A stretch of 64,000 nt of DNA. Origin: Octopus vulgaris (taxonomy: Eukaryota). Both the position numbers and the translations under genes were made by a program. Shown in pieces: positions 52,323 through 64,000 of this stretch. The notes beneath the pieces were generated by a model. The model was not told where the DNA came from. It saw only the letters and a list, made by a program, of their open reading frames with translations, and did not search any database. How positions within the stretch are numbered: position 1 is the first letter of the stretch; each line of letters opens with the position of its first letter. The stretch is from NCBI GenBank assembly GCA_951406725.2, contig OX597819.1, forward strand, positions 92,318,001 through 92,382,000, in the 5' to 3' direction.

Positions 52323-53009
52323 GAGAGCATAAGCACAAACTACTTCTAAGCCTTTGATGTGCGGATAAAAGAGGCAGGGGGCACCTGTAAGTAGCTGCAA
52401 AATTTCCGGTTAACAGAATTTATGGCATTGCCTAATTCAATACTTGATTGTAACTCTCGTTCTTGTATTGCTAATTACTGTTGGTAAAAACAAGAATGTT
52501 TCAACTTCACTTACCCCTTCTATAAATTCACAAGATAAGTTAGTGCTGGATAACTTCAATTAATAAAGGTCAAGCAAATGGGTTTGTTTGTTTGTCTGTT
52601 CTGTGAGATAAATATTTATCTTTATATCTATTTAACGCATAAGTCTATCAGGTGACGGGCGCTCTGGAATAAAGTTTCCTACGGGGTATGTTCATAATTA
52701 CGTTTAACAGTGATAATAAGAATAGCCAGAAAACAATTATAGTTATACTATATTCACAACCCCCTCTCTATAATTCTGTAATCATGATTTTTAAGAAAAA
52801 AGTTGTTTTGTAACAGCATTTATATCCTCCTCCTCCTCCTCCCCCTCATCATCATCATCATCATCATCATGCATTTGACTGATCAACATGGGTTTTTACA
52901 AGACCACTATTTGTCCGTCCATATTTCTGATATATATGCAGCGTTGTCTTCTGGGAACTCAGAATTCTCTTTAAATACAACAGCTGTTTTGTAATATCGT
53001 TGGGGTCTA

Positions 53010-53171
53010 ATGTAGCGAATTGGCAGAATCGTTAGCATACTGTACAAATACTTAGCGGAATTTTTTCTGGCTTTGCGTTTAAGTTTAAAATGACCTGAGG
53101 TCGACTTTGTCTTTCAGGAATTTGTGATCTATGAAATAAACCCCAGTTGATGGACTCGGCTATTCTCCCCC

Positions 53172-53215
<44 letters not shown>

Positions 53216-53255
53216 CACACACAATTTTAGGCTTTGTGTCTGTAGTAGAAAGAAT
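53010..53255 (+). mobile_element. SINE family B, degenerate, with (CA)n
   Basis: GCGAATTGGCAGAATCGTTAGCA...GAGGTCGACTTTG. Confidence 0.7.
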
Positions 53256-53282
53256 TATTGTTGGGTGTAATTTGTTATCATC

Positions 53283-53580
53283 GTGATGACTGTGACCGAC
53301 CAGTCTATCAGATGTTGCTACACATCGCTGGTCACAATGCGCTTCGCACTGTTTTAGCCCTCAAATGACGCCACCCCGCTGGCTAAGCGAGCAGGCCAAC
53401 AGAAGAAAGAGTGAGATTAAGTTGTGGCGAAAGAGTTCAGCAGAGATCGTCACCACCCCCTGCCGTAGCCTCATAGAGCTTTAGGTGTTTTCGCTCAATA
53501 AACACTCACAATGCCCGGTCTGGGAATCGAACCCGCGATCTTACGACCGCGAGTCCGTTGCCCTAACCACTGCGCCATTT
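53283..53580 (-). mobile_element. SINE family C, full length
   Basis: Reverse complement of the 8960-9235 family. Confidence 0.88.
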
Positions 53581-54849
53581 GTTATATATGACGTAATTTG
53601 TCATATATGACGTTATTTCTGTGGTCTGCCTGTTGTACAGACAATGTACAATATCAACCGTTGTTTTGTTGGGTATTGGCAGTTTCATTTTAGCAGTAGG
53701 ATTGGTGTTTTGTGTTTTCGGGCAGTACGGTAATTGTATGGTGAACGTATTGTGTTAGTTTGTTGCTAGATATTATTGAGTGAAAATCATGTAGCATGTG
53801 ATTTGCATGAACTGCCAGAGTTATAGCGTTGGGTATTGATTATGCAAGAATACGTGTTGTGTCATTTTATAGGGTGTTGATTTGTGTGGTGTATGTGTTA
53901 GGATGTATTGATTGGTACGCGTACCAGATCTCTTTGAATGCTATTGGTTACATGTCATGGTATGTGCTTACCGTGTGAACTACGCTTTCTGCAGTAACTA
54001 GAATCACAATACAGTCATGTAATATAATTGTAGTAACTTTAGTGTTCCTATAGAAAATCAGTGATAGATTTCAGCGATGACGTTTTCAGGGAGACTCTTA
54101 GAGTCAAAGAAGACCATGTAGGTAATTTAATGCAGAAAACTTCTGATCTAATTACAATGGAAATATTTCCAAAATCTCTGTCCTGTCAGTTTGAAATAGA
54201 TTTTAAGGACATGGAAGAACCATGTTCTAAACCTGTATAAAATACGAGCAAAGCGATGAAACCGTGATCGTCATTCACATCTGGAGTTTTGACTTTTGGC
54301 GTGTTAAGGGCTCAAGGATATTAGTAGATGGATTGGATGGATGCCACTGTTGTCCGAATTCCTTGATTTCTTTTACGACCATATTTTTTGTGAATTAGGG
54401 ACAAGTATAGCAAACCTCACGGCTGCCACGACAAAAGTGTGGTTAGATATATTCTAGAGCAGCTGGAATAATGATCTGCCTACTTGATGTAGAGATGCAT
54501 GCTCCCTTACAGTCTGTTGATATTTTTCCCCGTGTTACCATTGTTGTCGAAATCTTACATATTAAACATATTAAATTCCTCACCTTACCTTTACTTCTCC
54601 ACTTCTTTCTCCTTAATCTACTTGTCCCCAGTGTCTTTCTCCTCTATATTAATAAGTATTTAAATCCCTACTCTAATTTTCTGTATTGCACAATCTATTG
54701 TGCTGTCTGTTCATGTATAGGACACCAGTATTGGAAATATTAAATCTAAATTTGTGTCACTTTATAACGAATTATAATATTATTACCCCCAAAATTTTCA
54801 TTTTAATACTTGCTTAGGATTTCTTTTTCATTATCAGTTTTCGTCTTTC

Positions 54850-55260
54850 TTTCACATCTGCCACTTCCATGTATGCAGTTCACAAACCATCGTTCTGCTA
54901 TTCCTGCTCTGTCCAATGCAAAGCAAGTAGGGTATCTTAGATCTAGCTATAAACGAGCAACATACCACCTCCACTGGAAATATTGTGCGTTGCCTTCATT
55001 TTGCCTTACCATACTTCCTGAGTTCCTCATATTTTAAACAATTCATTTCATGCACTCACTCTAAATTGCATTCCACAAGGACCTTTTCTTTATTATGTCA
55101 CACCAGACCAAACGGTTCAGGTTTCACTTCATTATACGGATATGGATTGAGAACGCGAGCACTTCTGGTCGGTCATCATCATCCACACATAAGCACTATT
55201 CCTTTGCCACCCTCTTGAATTGCTTTTTCTTGACTCCTCTGAAGAAGTTTGATGTTGATC
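54850..55260 (-). mobile_element. HERO/NeSL-like non-LTR retrotransposon RLE-domain remnant
   Basis: CVDDD...LAFSIHI...LVWCD, HEMNCLKYEELRK, TIFPVEVVCCSFIARS (cf. AHERK..KYEEL...FPVEVGCRGF). Confidence 0.65.
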
Positions 55261-57117
55261 TTTGTTGCATTGATGTTTTTGCATGATTAGTTTTTTTATG
55301 TGCTAGCAAAGAGGATCAAATGTTGGTTACATCTCTAGGTATATTCTTTGAATTACTTGAAGCTGGCCTGGAATGAATAAAGCATGTCACTGAAGTGGTA
55401 GTGTATGATGATGAAAACACAAGCTATTGGCTATTTAACCGGTTGATTAATCAAACAATCGATTACTTAGTTGGTTAAATAGTTAATCACTTGAGGAACA
55501 ATAAAAAAGTGAAATTAAACCAATGCGTGTATTATTACTTTTATTATGACCTTCCCAAGAAACAAAGAATGGTCTACTTATTCTTCTTGTCACCATTCTT
55601 TTCTCCCCCTGCTTCATTCCCTTGTCACAGTTAAATCACTAGGCTAATTTCCTATATAACTATCAGACATATCGATTCATACATACGATAACAACATTGT
55701 GATTATCAATTACTTAAACTTTCTGAGACATATATAATTACATCTCCGGTGCCTGAGTACATCGTTTATCTAATATTTTCCAATATTTCATTGACATCAA
55801 GTTATCAGAAAAAAGAAAACTTCTGAGAAGAGCTCTTTACTGACGTAGTCAAATAAAATTGAACTTAATCTCTGATATATATGCATGCAATATACATGCA
55901 CAAGTAAGTCATTTTATATCTATCCGGTCACTGCATTTCCATTTTTAAAAAAATTATTGGGAAATTATGTGCTAATCTTGTTCAAATTTTTTGTCAATTA
56001 TTGGAAAACATACCGAAATTTGAGAACTAGTATTAGAACTTAATTTATCAGAAAGATAATTATAAATTCCGTCTTAATTTATTTTTTATCGCACACTTGC
56101 TTGCTATCATCGATTACTGTTTTTTTTTTTCCATTTCTGCAAGGAACTTTTATGCAAATATTTAAATTATTATGCAACTCTCTTAATCCTACAACTGAAA
56201 TAAACAAAACAAATTGCTATATATCTATTCCCTTGTGTTCTAGAGTTACAAACACCCTTCAAATGTCGATCTTCTTCTTCTTCTTTTTCTTCTTCTCCTC
56301 CTCCTCCTTCTTCTTATTCTCCTCCCCTCCTCCTTCTTCCTCTTCTTACCTACTTGAATTATGGTGCAAAACATTTCATTGAAGGGCATCAGGTCGTACT
56401 AGATGATTAAAGGCTTAAATTATATAGTACATTCTTGCTTTTGTTTTAAACCGACAGGTAGTGAATTTAAATGGTTTTGGTTACTATATTTACCATGTCG
56501 AGGGATGACGTAGAGGTTCCTTCGAATGGACTTTTTTGTTCTGATCAGCTGCAATCGGCTCAGAACAAATATACCGAAAACAAGAGGTAGCCAATAAAAG
56601 AAATTGCTCTTATGTCATTTAAATCATCTTTATTGAGTTTATATTAGATGCGAAAACAAAATTGGAGGCAGCACTTCAATGTGACATGGGCATCACATTC
56701 AGCTCTTCATATTGTTGTTTTTTACTTATTGTTTTACTATGTTTATTGTGGATAGTGGAGATGAAGATGGGGACAGTGGTGAAGGTGATGAAAGTCATAT
56801 TGGTGCTATAGCAGGTGATTGTGGTGTTGTAGAGAGTGGTGATTGGCCACAGGTTAGCACTAGTCATACATTGTATCAAAGATGTTCTAACTGTGATCAT
56901 CAGTCTCTTTTATTATTTCTTGGCATATTGCATATGTTTTCTTTGATTTCACATTTATTCCTATAACCTTTGCATATCTTCCAAGACTGGCGAGTTTCAT
57001 GACATCGATGCCCATCTTGACAACGGCCGGAAGAACATGGGCGAGTACGATGGAAGGTGCGGTAGACAAAATTTCAGAGAATTAGAAAGTAGTGAGCCTG
57101 GTATATATGTGTGTATA

Positions 57118-57548
57118 GGCGTAGGAGTGGTTGTGTGGTAAGTAGCTTGCTTACCAACAACATGGTTCCGGGTTCAGTCCCACTGCGTGGCACCTTGGGC
57201 AAGTTTATTCTATTATAGCCACGGGCCGACCAAAGCCTTGTGAGTGGATTTGGTAGACGGAAACTGAAAGAAGCCCGTTGTCTAGATGTATATATATATA
57301 TAAGTGTGTGCGTGTGTGTGTGTATGTGTATGCGTTTGTGCATGTGTCTGTGTGTCTGTGTTTGTCCCCACAACATCGCTTGACAACCGATGCTGATGTG
57401 TTTACGTACCCGTAATCTAGCGTTTCATCAAAAGTGGCCGATAGAATAAGTATTACGCTTACAAAGAATAAATCCTGGGGTCGATTTGCTCGACTAGAGG
57501 CGGTACTCCAGCATGGCCACAGTCACATGATTGAAACAAGTAAAAGAG
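57118..57548 (+). mobile_element. SINE family A, full length
   Basis: Complete head-to-tail homology with 23847-24251. Confidence 0.9.
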
Positions 57549-57779
57549 TGTGTGTTTGCTTTATTGTTTGTTGTGCATTTGTGTGTGTGTGTGTGTGCAT
57601 TGTGAATGTGTGTGAGCGTTCATGCGTACGTTTTGGTGTAGATTATATGCTGCCAGCTATCTCCAAGCATCGGCGGCCATCGTAGCAGCGGCAGTTGGAT
57701 GGGATGATGAGTTCGACGACACTATACTTGCTAGCTTTCACTTAGGTATAGTCTAAAATATTCATGTAAGTAACAGGAA

Positions 57780-58520
57780 CACCAGAAACACTATTACAAA
57801 GATATAGCAGCAGTTATCATTGTGGGTATTACTTGAGTTTTGTGAAGAACCTGTAACTCTTGCGAAGTGAGCTGCATTATAGTTTTGAAGAGGACAATTA
57901 CTTTATGCGATGCAATTTACGTGGTTATGGATGTGAGATCATCCAAAGAGTTAATCAATAATTGTGCGGTCTAGCACTTTTATTAACATTGACGGTTTTA
58001 GTTGCGTGTTGTCTAAGGCCATGGAAGAAAGGAAACAAGATTATTTCCTTGATTAGTGTAATTATTGCATATTTGTGCTACTGAAAGACACAAGATTGAT
58101 ATGTATCCAACAGAGAATATTTCCGAATATTTCCAAATTTCGAACTGCCTCTTCACTGAGGCAGGTGGAGATTTGAGTTGAAAGGTCTGTTTTGGTTGTG
58201 TATGGATAATGCCTGGACAAAAGATTTTAGAAGAATGAAGAAAGTGGTATCATCTGCATAGAAATATCTTGTTTAATGTGTCATTGTTTTCATAAAATGG
58301 TTGAGTGTGATTTGAGGGATACCTGAGGTTGGTATCACTGACACAGAGAGATTTACATGCACAATCCCTTAATGACTGGTATATTATCCCCGTTAGTTTG
58401 TTGTAAAATATCGATCATTATATTCAATGGTAGAAATAATGCATGCTTAGTAGATATATGGGCCTATGTGTTTGCCATCTTCCAGACACCTCTGTATGCA
58501 GTGTTTAAAGAATTTGTACT
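57780..58520 (-). mobile_element. CR1/L2-like LINE reverse transcriptase remnant
   Basis: YADDTT at 58243-58260; downstream LCWIHINLVSFSSTNMQ (cf. W...NLV.FN..KTQ); highly decayed. Confidence 0.6.
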
Positions 58521-58899
58521 GTCAAGAAGAAAGTGATATTGGCACTTTTAGAGTGATAGGCACCGACGAAAAAGAGGTAATTTTCTTGAAAATCCCATTT
58601 TAATTTTGATTTGCTATTCATTTCAGATACACTCATATTCAAGCCGTTAATTTGGAGGAAAAGGCACGAACGTCTTACAACCTAACATATTTTAAACACC
58701 GAAAGAAACTGTCGTTACATATTTTATTGTGTCGAAGAAGACCGTGACATATAAATACAATCTGCGTTACAGAGATTGCCTGGGTGCCAAATATGTAGAA
58801 AATCGTATTTGGTTAAAGTTAAATGATCATCATTGTGTAGTTATTTTGAATGTAAATATATAACTGTGAAAAGAATAGGGGAAATAAAGAGGGAAAATA

Positions 58900-59051
58900 C
58901 TTTTATTGTTTACATTATTTATATTCGACAGATATTTGTCGTCATCTTGTATGTTGTTAACACAATGTTTCGGCTGATATACCCTCCAGCCTTCATCAGG
59001 TGTCTTGGGGAAATTTCGAAACTAAGTTCTCATTCCTGAGGTATTTTTCGA

Positions 59052-59091
<40 letters not shown>

Positions 59092-59165
59092 GTTCAGGTC
59101 ACTGCTTGGAATCGAACTCGGAATCTTGGGGTTAGTAGCCCGCACTCTTAACCACTACACCATAT
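58900..59165 (-). mobile_element. tRNA-headed SINE-like element carrying a hammerhead ribozyme
   Basis: Minus strand: GCATATGGTGTAGTGGTTAAG (A box)...GAGTTCGATTCC (B box), (AAT)n, then hammerhead and tail. Confidence 0.75.
58960..59003 (-). ncRNA. Minimal type I hammerhead ribozyme
   Basis: ACAC-CTGATGA-A-GGCTG-gagggtatat-CAGCC-GAAA-CA-TT-GTGT; canonical core, stem III CA probably a decayed CG. Confidence 0.75.
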
Positions 59166-60997
59166 GCTCGTGGGTATATGGCGTAGTGGTTAAGATGAGG
59201 ACAAATATCCGTCGAATGTAAATAATGTGCATAATTCCTCATCTCTTAAATATAGAACTCAAATGCTTTTATTATTGCGTGCTATATATTGTTTGTAATG
59301 CTATAATCGTACTTTCAGTGTGTATTTCTGTAGGTCGTGAAAAATTGCAAGAATTCTGGGCTTACAGTTCAATTACAGTTCAATAAAGTATAGCGTTATA
59401 CACTTTGCAAATATATAAAATCGATTTTTGTTTTGTTAATTTGTAGCAGATTTTGTATGCAAAATAATTAATTGAGAAAAGACGTCAAAAGAAAAATGTT
59501 ATATTTGATGAAACGATCGTTGAAAATATATAAATAAAAAAAGCTGCTCCTATATAATTCCTTTTTTTTATATTGGCACATGGCCTGCATTTTTAAAGGA
59601 GGTTTTAGTCGATCAGATAAACCCTTGTATTTTGCTTGTACTTAATCTTATCGATCCCTTACTGTTTATAATGATGTCTATCACAATTATTGTTCCCATT
59701 GTAAACTTTTTCGATCTGTTCTGTACAGCTTTGTGTGTGAGTGCGTACGTGTGTGCGTACTTGTGCGTCTGTGCCTGTGTGTCTGTTTGTGTGAGTGTTT
59801 GTGTATGTAGGTAGGTGTGTTGTGTGTCTTCAGCTAAACCTACGCATTAAGAATTTGTTGCCTTGAAGCATTTTTATATTTTGGATTTGTATTTCATTTT
59901 CTGCAAGGTCTTTTTCAACAATTATTGGGATACTTCACTACATACAAATAAGCTCTGACCTTCTTTCTATATACAGTCAATTAAATCAATTTAAAAACAT
60001 AACTAGTATTTATTTATATCGAGCCTGCGCTTTTATGTAAGGAACGCTAAACATACTTCGGGTATTATGTGACATCTATAATGTGTATGGAACACAAACT
60101 GAAAATAATTATACATTTTAGTAGTTTTTGCTTTATGTAAGCTCGCTCCACATGATATGGAAATAATGAGCGCCCCAAATTCTCTTAATTACTTGTCAAT
60201 TGATGTTATTCATTCCGTATATATCTAAAGGAAAATCTGTTCTGTTCATTTTTCTGAAGATGTTTTCGTGGAAATTTCGAATACTAATTGTAGCAAGAAT
60301 GTTTCTTTATTAGTTTTTGGAAATCTGCTTGTATATTTAATTTTAGTAATAACATTTTGAGTAATTTTGAAGGTATGTGTTTCCGCTTATTTCCCAAATA
60401 CAGATCTGTTTTGGATTGCCAACTCGTTTAAGGAAAAAATTTAAACGCAATAATGTTTTTTTTTCGTTATCTTTAGAATTAAGCTATTTAGTTTAAATTA
60501 CTTCAAAATGTGTTCTCATAAAATTTTCTGCCAAAAATCTACGAATTATGCCTTCGTGGCATAATATTGAGGCAATATTCCATTTGGCGTATAAACTAGA
60601 AGTAAGACTCTATTCGTGACTATCTCTATTCGTTTACACTTAATGTCTGTATGACTACATTATCCAATGTCCCCTTTTGAATAGAGTGTTGTCACAGAGC
60701 AAGTTTGATAGCTAGATCCAGGAAATTTCTCGTTTGATCGCGCAGAAAAATAGAGGAAAGTGAAAGCGGGTGAGGTATAGCAGTAATGGCGGAAATTATT
60801 GAAACGCCACAAAATATTACTAAATGAAGTGACAAAAATAAAATAAAAAATAGTTAGGGACATAACACCCTATATTTAGTAACTACAGAGAAAAATATAG
60901 AATGGAAACACGTTTTGAGTAAATTAAAAATAAATTCTGGAGGCTTCTCGCCCTAAAAGTTATGTAAAAACGTAAAACGTCACAAAATGTCTTTTAT

Positions 60998-61200
60998 CTC
61001 ATACTTGTTTCAGTTATTGGACTGCGCCCATACTCTAGCACCACCTTGAAATGGTTTAATCGAATGAATCGATTCTTTACTTAATTCTGGTGCTTATTAC
61101 ATCGTTTTCTTTACGAACCACTAAGGTAAGGTGGACGTAAAGAAACCAACATCGGTTGTCTAGCAGTGGTGGGGGACAAACACAAAAAAAGACATACATC
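60998..61200 (-). mobile_element. SINE family A 3' part, degenerate
   Basis: TACTTGTTTCAG...GAACCACTAAG...ACCAACATCGGTTGTC homology. Confidence 0.7.
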
Positions 61201-61278
61201 GCTATACCTATACATACATACATACATGTACACAGACGCATATATATATATATATTATGAACCCCACCCTGCATATAG

Positions 61279-61318
<40 letters not shown>

Positions 61319-63457
61319 CTATATATATATCCATCTATATACATATATTATTAAGTATGTGTGTGTGTGTGCGCGCGCGCGCACGTGTGTCTGTTTATTA
61401 TATATATACGAGCAAATCTATGCTTAAAAGGCTTTGATAAACATTTGGCTAGGTGCGAACCAGAATCTTGTGGTTGGGAGGCAAACGTCTTACCACGATC
61501 TATGACTGCACCTATATAATGAGTAAATTTTAAAGTATCCTTCACACTATACACGACTAAACTTCCATAAGGTGTTTACTCTCATTTTAAGGAGTGTTAT
61601 AGTTTGTCTCTGATTTAAAAACAATTTTGAGACAGAAAAATTGATAAATTATATGACAGACGTAATGCTTCGCTCAGAATAAGAGCTATATCAAGAGAAA
61701 TCTGCACGAGTACATTAAGTGAAATAATTGAAGCTGGGTGTTGACCATGAGAAATTATAATACAGTGTATATTCATTTATATTGGCAACCATTCAAGCCT
61801 AACACTTTTTGTTGTCTATCCAAAGCTGAAAGACCCATACTATTTACGTAATCAATATTAATACTTTTGCATTGATATTTAGAATTTATGATCAGCAATA
61901 AAAACATGCAAACTGCTGAAAAGAGAATATATAATTTCCGAGACAACTATGTAGTGTGTGATCATGGAGCGAACATATTAATTCACGAAGACAGATGTTC
62001 AAAATAACACTTTGAAAGAGTAACATAAAAGTGGAAATATGAGACTGAGAGTAAATAAATAAACAAAATGAAGGTAAGAACAACAAAGAAAAGAAATAAA
62101 TGACATAAAATGTTTCTCAGATTGTTTACATAGTTTAGTATATTAAAAGCTTTTTATTGTTTATTCAGATCAGCATAGAAAAAAAAAGATATTTACTTTT
62201 TTATTCACATAGAAAAAATATTGTTTTAGCTTCCCGAGATATTACACTATTAAAGGAATCGGCGCTGACCAAATCGATTGTGTGCTGAAGATTCAATGGC
62301 TTGTGTGTCATCGTTGGTTAAAACATGAGGCTGTCCTGGCTACTGACTTTTACAATTTCTTGTTTACAAAACTTAGATGGTTATTGCGACTTATGAAATA
62401 AAGTAGAAACCGTATATATATTTGGCTAAGTGTTTGTTTTCTTTTAGCTTTTTGTGCTTAACTAAAATAAACTGATGGGCAAATAACTTCATTTACTTCA
62501 GTTATCGTGCTATTGAGATTATGGAAAGAAACTACCGGAACATATAATTATTGGATTTATTTATTGAAAACTATTATGATGAATCCCATAGTGGCGCTAT
62601 TTTACGGCAGGAGTTACTTTAGGTCACCACAAGACATTCAAAGAAGAGGAAATATTTTTCTAAATAAATCGACAGATATACTGCATTCAACTAATAAAAC
62701 GATAACCGAGGAGAAAGGATGCTTAGAGTTATTTATTGTTGTCTACGAATAAAATTCATAGCATGAGTTTTTATTTATTTTCATTGGCAATGTTAGCATG
62801 TATATCAAATAGAAGGTTTAATACTTTCAGCAGTGTCTTATAATAATCTAATTTGCTGTGATCATGAATTATCATTTTCCTTTGGCATCATGCTATTGAA
62901 CATCCCGGTATTCAATGTTATTACACAGCTAAAGAAGTAGAGTTCAACGTTCTGTTTTAGACATTAACTCTAAAACTATTTCAGGATACCAAATCGGAAC
63001 CGACACCTGATTGCTTGACGCATTCATTGAGTAACGTCGAATTTATTTCTGACTTGCGAAAAATAAGCCATTAAAATGCTTAATATCATATTCTCATTCA
63101 TAGACATATTTGTTGTTTTATGATGTGCGATTAACAGATTCATTGGGTTGTAATTTAAATCTGTCTTTCCTTTCTGAGATATATATTTCTCCTAAAAATA
63201 CGAAAGCTGTGATGTTAGGAGTCATATATGATCATACTCGCAAACGATTCGTCGAAAATGAAAGATTCGTTTTAACACATTTGTTCTTCATGTAACCAGA
63301 ATGTGAAGCATATAACTGACATATTCCACATTACGAAATAACTAAAGCACAAACGTGTAAATATCCGTTTCTGCTGGATGCAGTTAGTAGGTATATAGAT
63401 ATTCTTCATTATGGGAGTTCATATACATTCATGCATATAATTTCATGAACATATACA

Positions 63458-63498
<41 letters not shown>

Positions 63499-63642
63499 AT
63501 ATCAATAATACAGTGATTGTTTCTTGTCAGGAACAAAAAGATTAATAGGACTGCTATAGAAGTGCTCTATTGAAAGGGACAAAAATATCAAACTAAAGTT
63601 ATAGAACAAACAAATGCAAGGTCATAGGTTATAACTTTAGTT

Positions 63643-63705
<63 letters not shown>

Positions 63706-64000
63706 TACAGGGTACACATATAGGATCCAGACGTCACTATGTGATGTACGCCACAGACATAGGGTAGACAAGATAAAGGAATAAACAGTTAGAGCCCATT
63801 ATCATAACACAGAATGAACAGATGAAGGGAAGTTCATTGTTTTTAGGTAAAGCACAACTCTAATATTATTCAAAAGTATTCACAGATGAATATAACCTTA
63901 AGCGTGGAGTAAAAACATTATAGAAATAGACAAATGTATATCCACGTTTCTTGCTTAAACACTAAATTTTATCCTTTGGTGATATATATATATATATACA

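Noticed and set aside
56676-57069. Acidic Gly/Asp-rich ORF-like stretch as a host exon
   Set aside because: Low-complexity degenerate (GGT/GAT)n; no supportable splice structure or domain

Overview
Eukaryotic, AT-rich, microsatellite-dense non-genic DNA. The SINE families and (TA)n/(CA)n/(TAA)n load look like an octopus or other coleoid cephalopod genome (inferred). I found no intact host protein-coding gene, and most listed ORFs are microsatellite artefacts. The window is a mosaic of tRNA-derived SINEs (at least 3 families), Tc1/mariner relics, R4/Dong-, RTE-, HERO-, CR1/L2- and Penelope-like retroelement fragments. Four things stand out. (1) A near-perfect 7x508-bp tandem array (34483-38070) in which every unit carries a type I hammerhead ribozyme on the minus strand. 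It ends in a Penelope-style inverted partial copy and has an alternating (dimeric) variant pattern, so it looks like a non-LTR retrozyme or circular-RNA-derived insertion. (2) At least four other, unrelated hammerhead-bearing elements, including a tRNA-headed SINE with a hammerhead. (3) An ~8-kb intronless decayed minus-strand coding block (about 12.0-20.4 kb) containing all three AEP primase motifs in herpes/NCLDV-like form, a candidate fossil large dsDNA virus. (4) A 2.1-kb ORF1-only (HAL1-like) zinc-knuckle retroelement inserted with a 17-bp TSD into a SINE head. All family calls are by-eye motif recognition and need database confirmation. Many boundaries are approximate.
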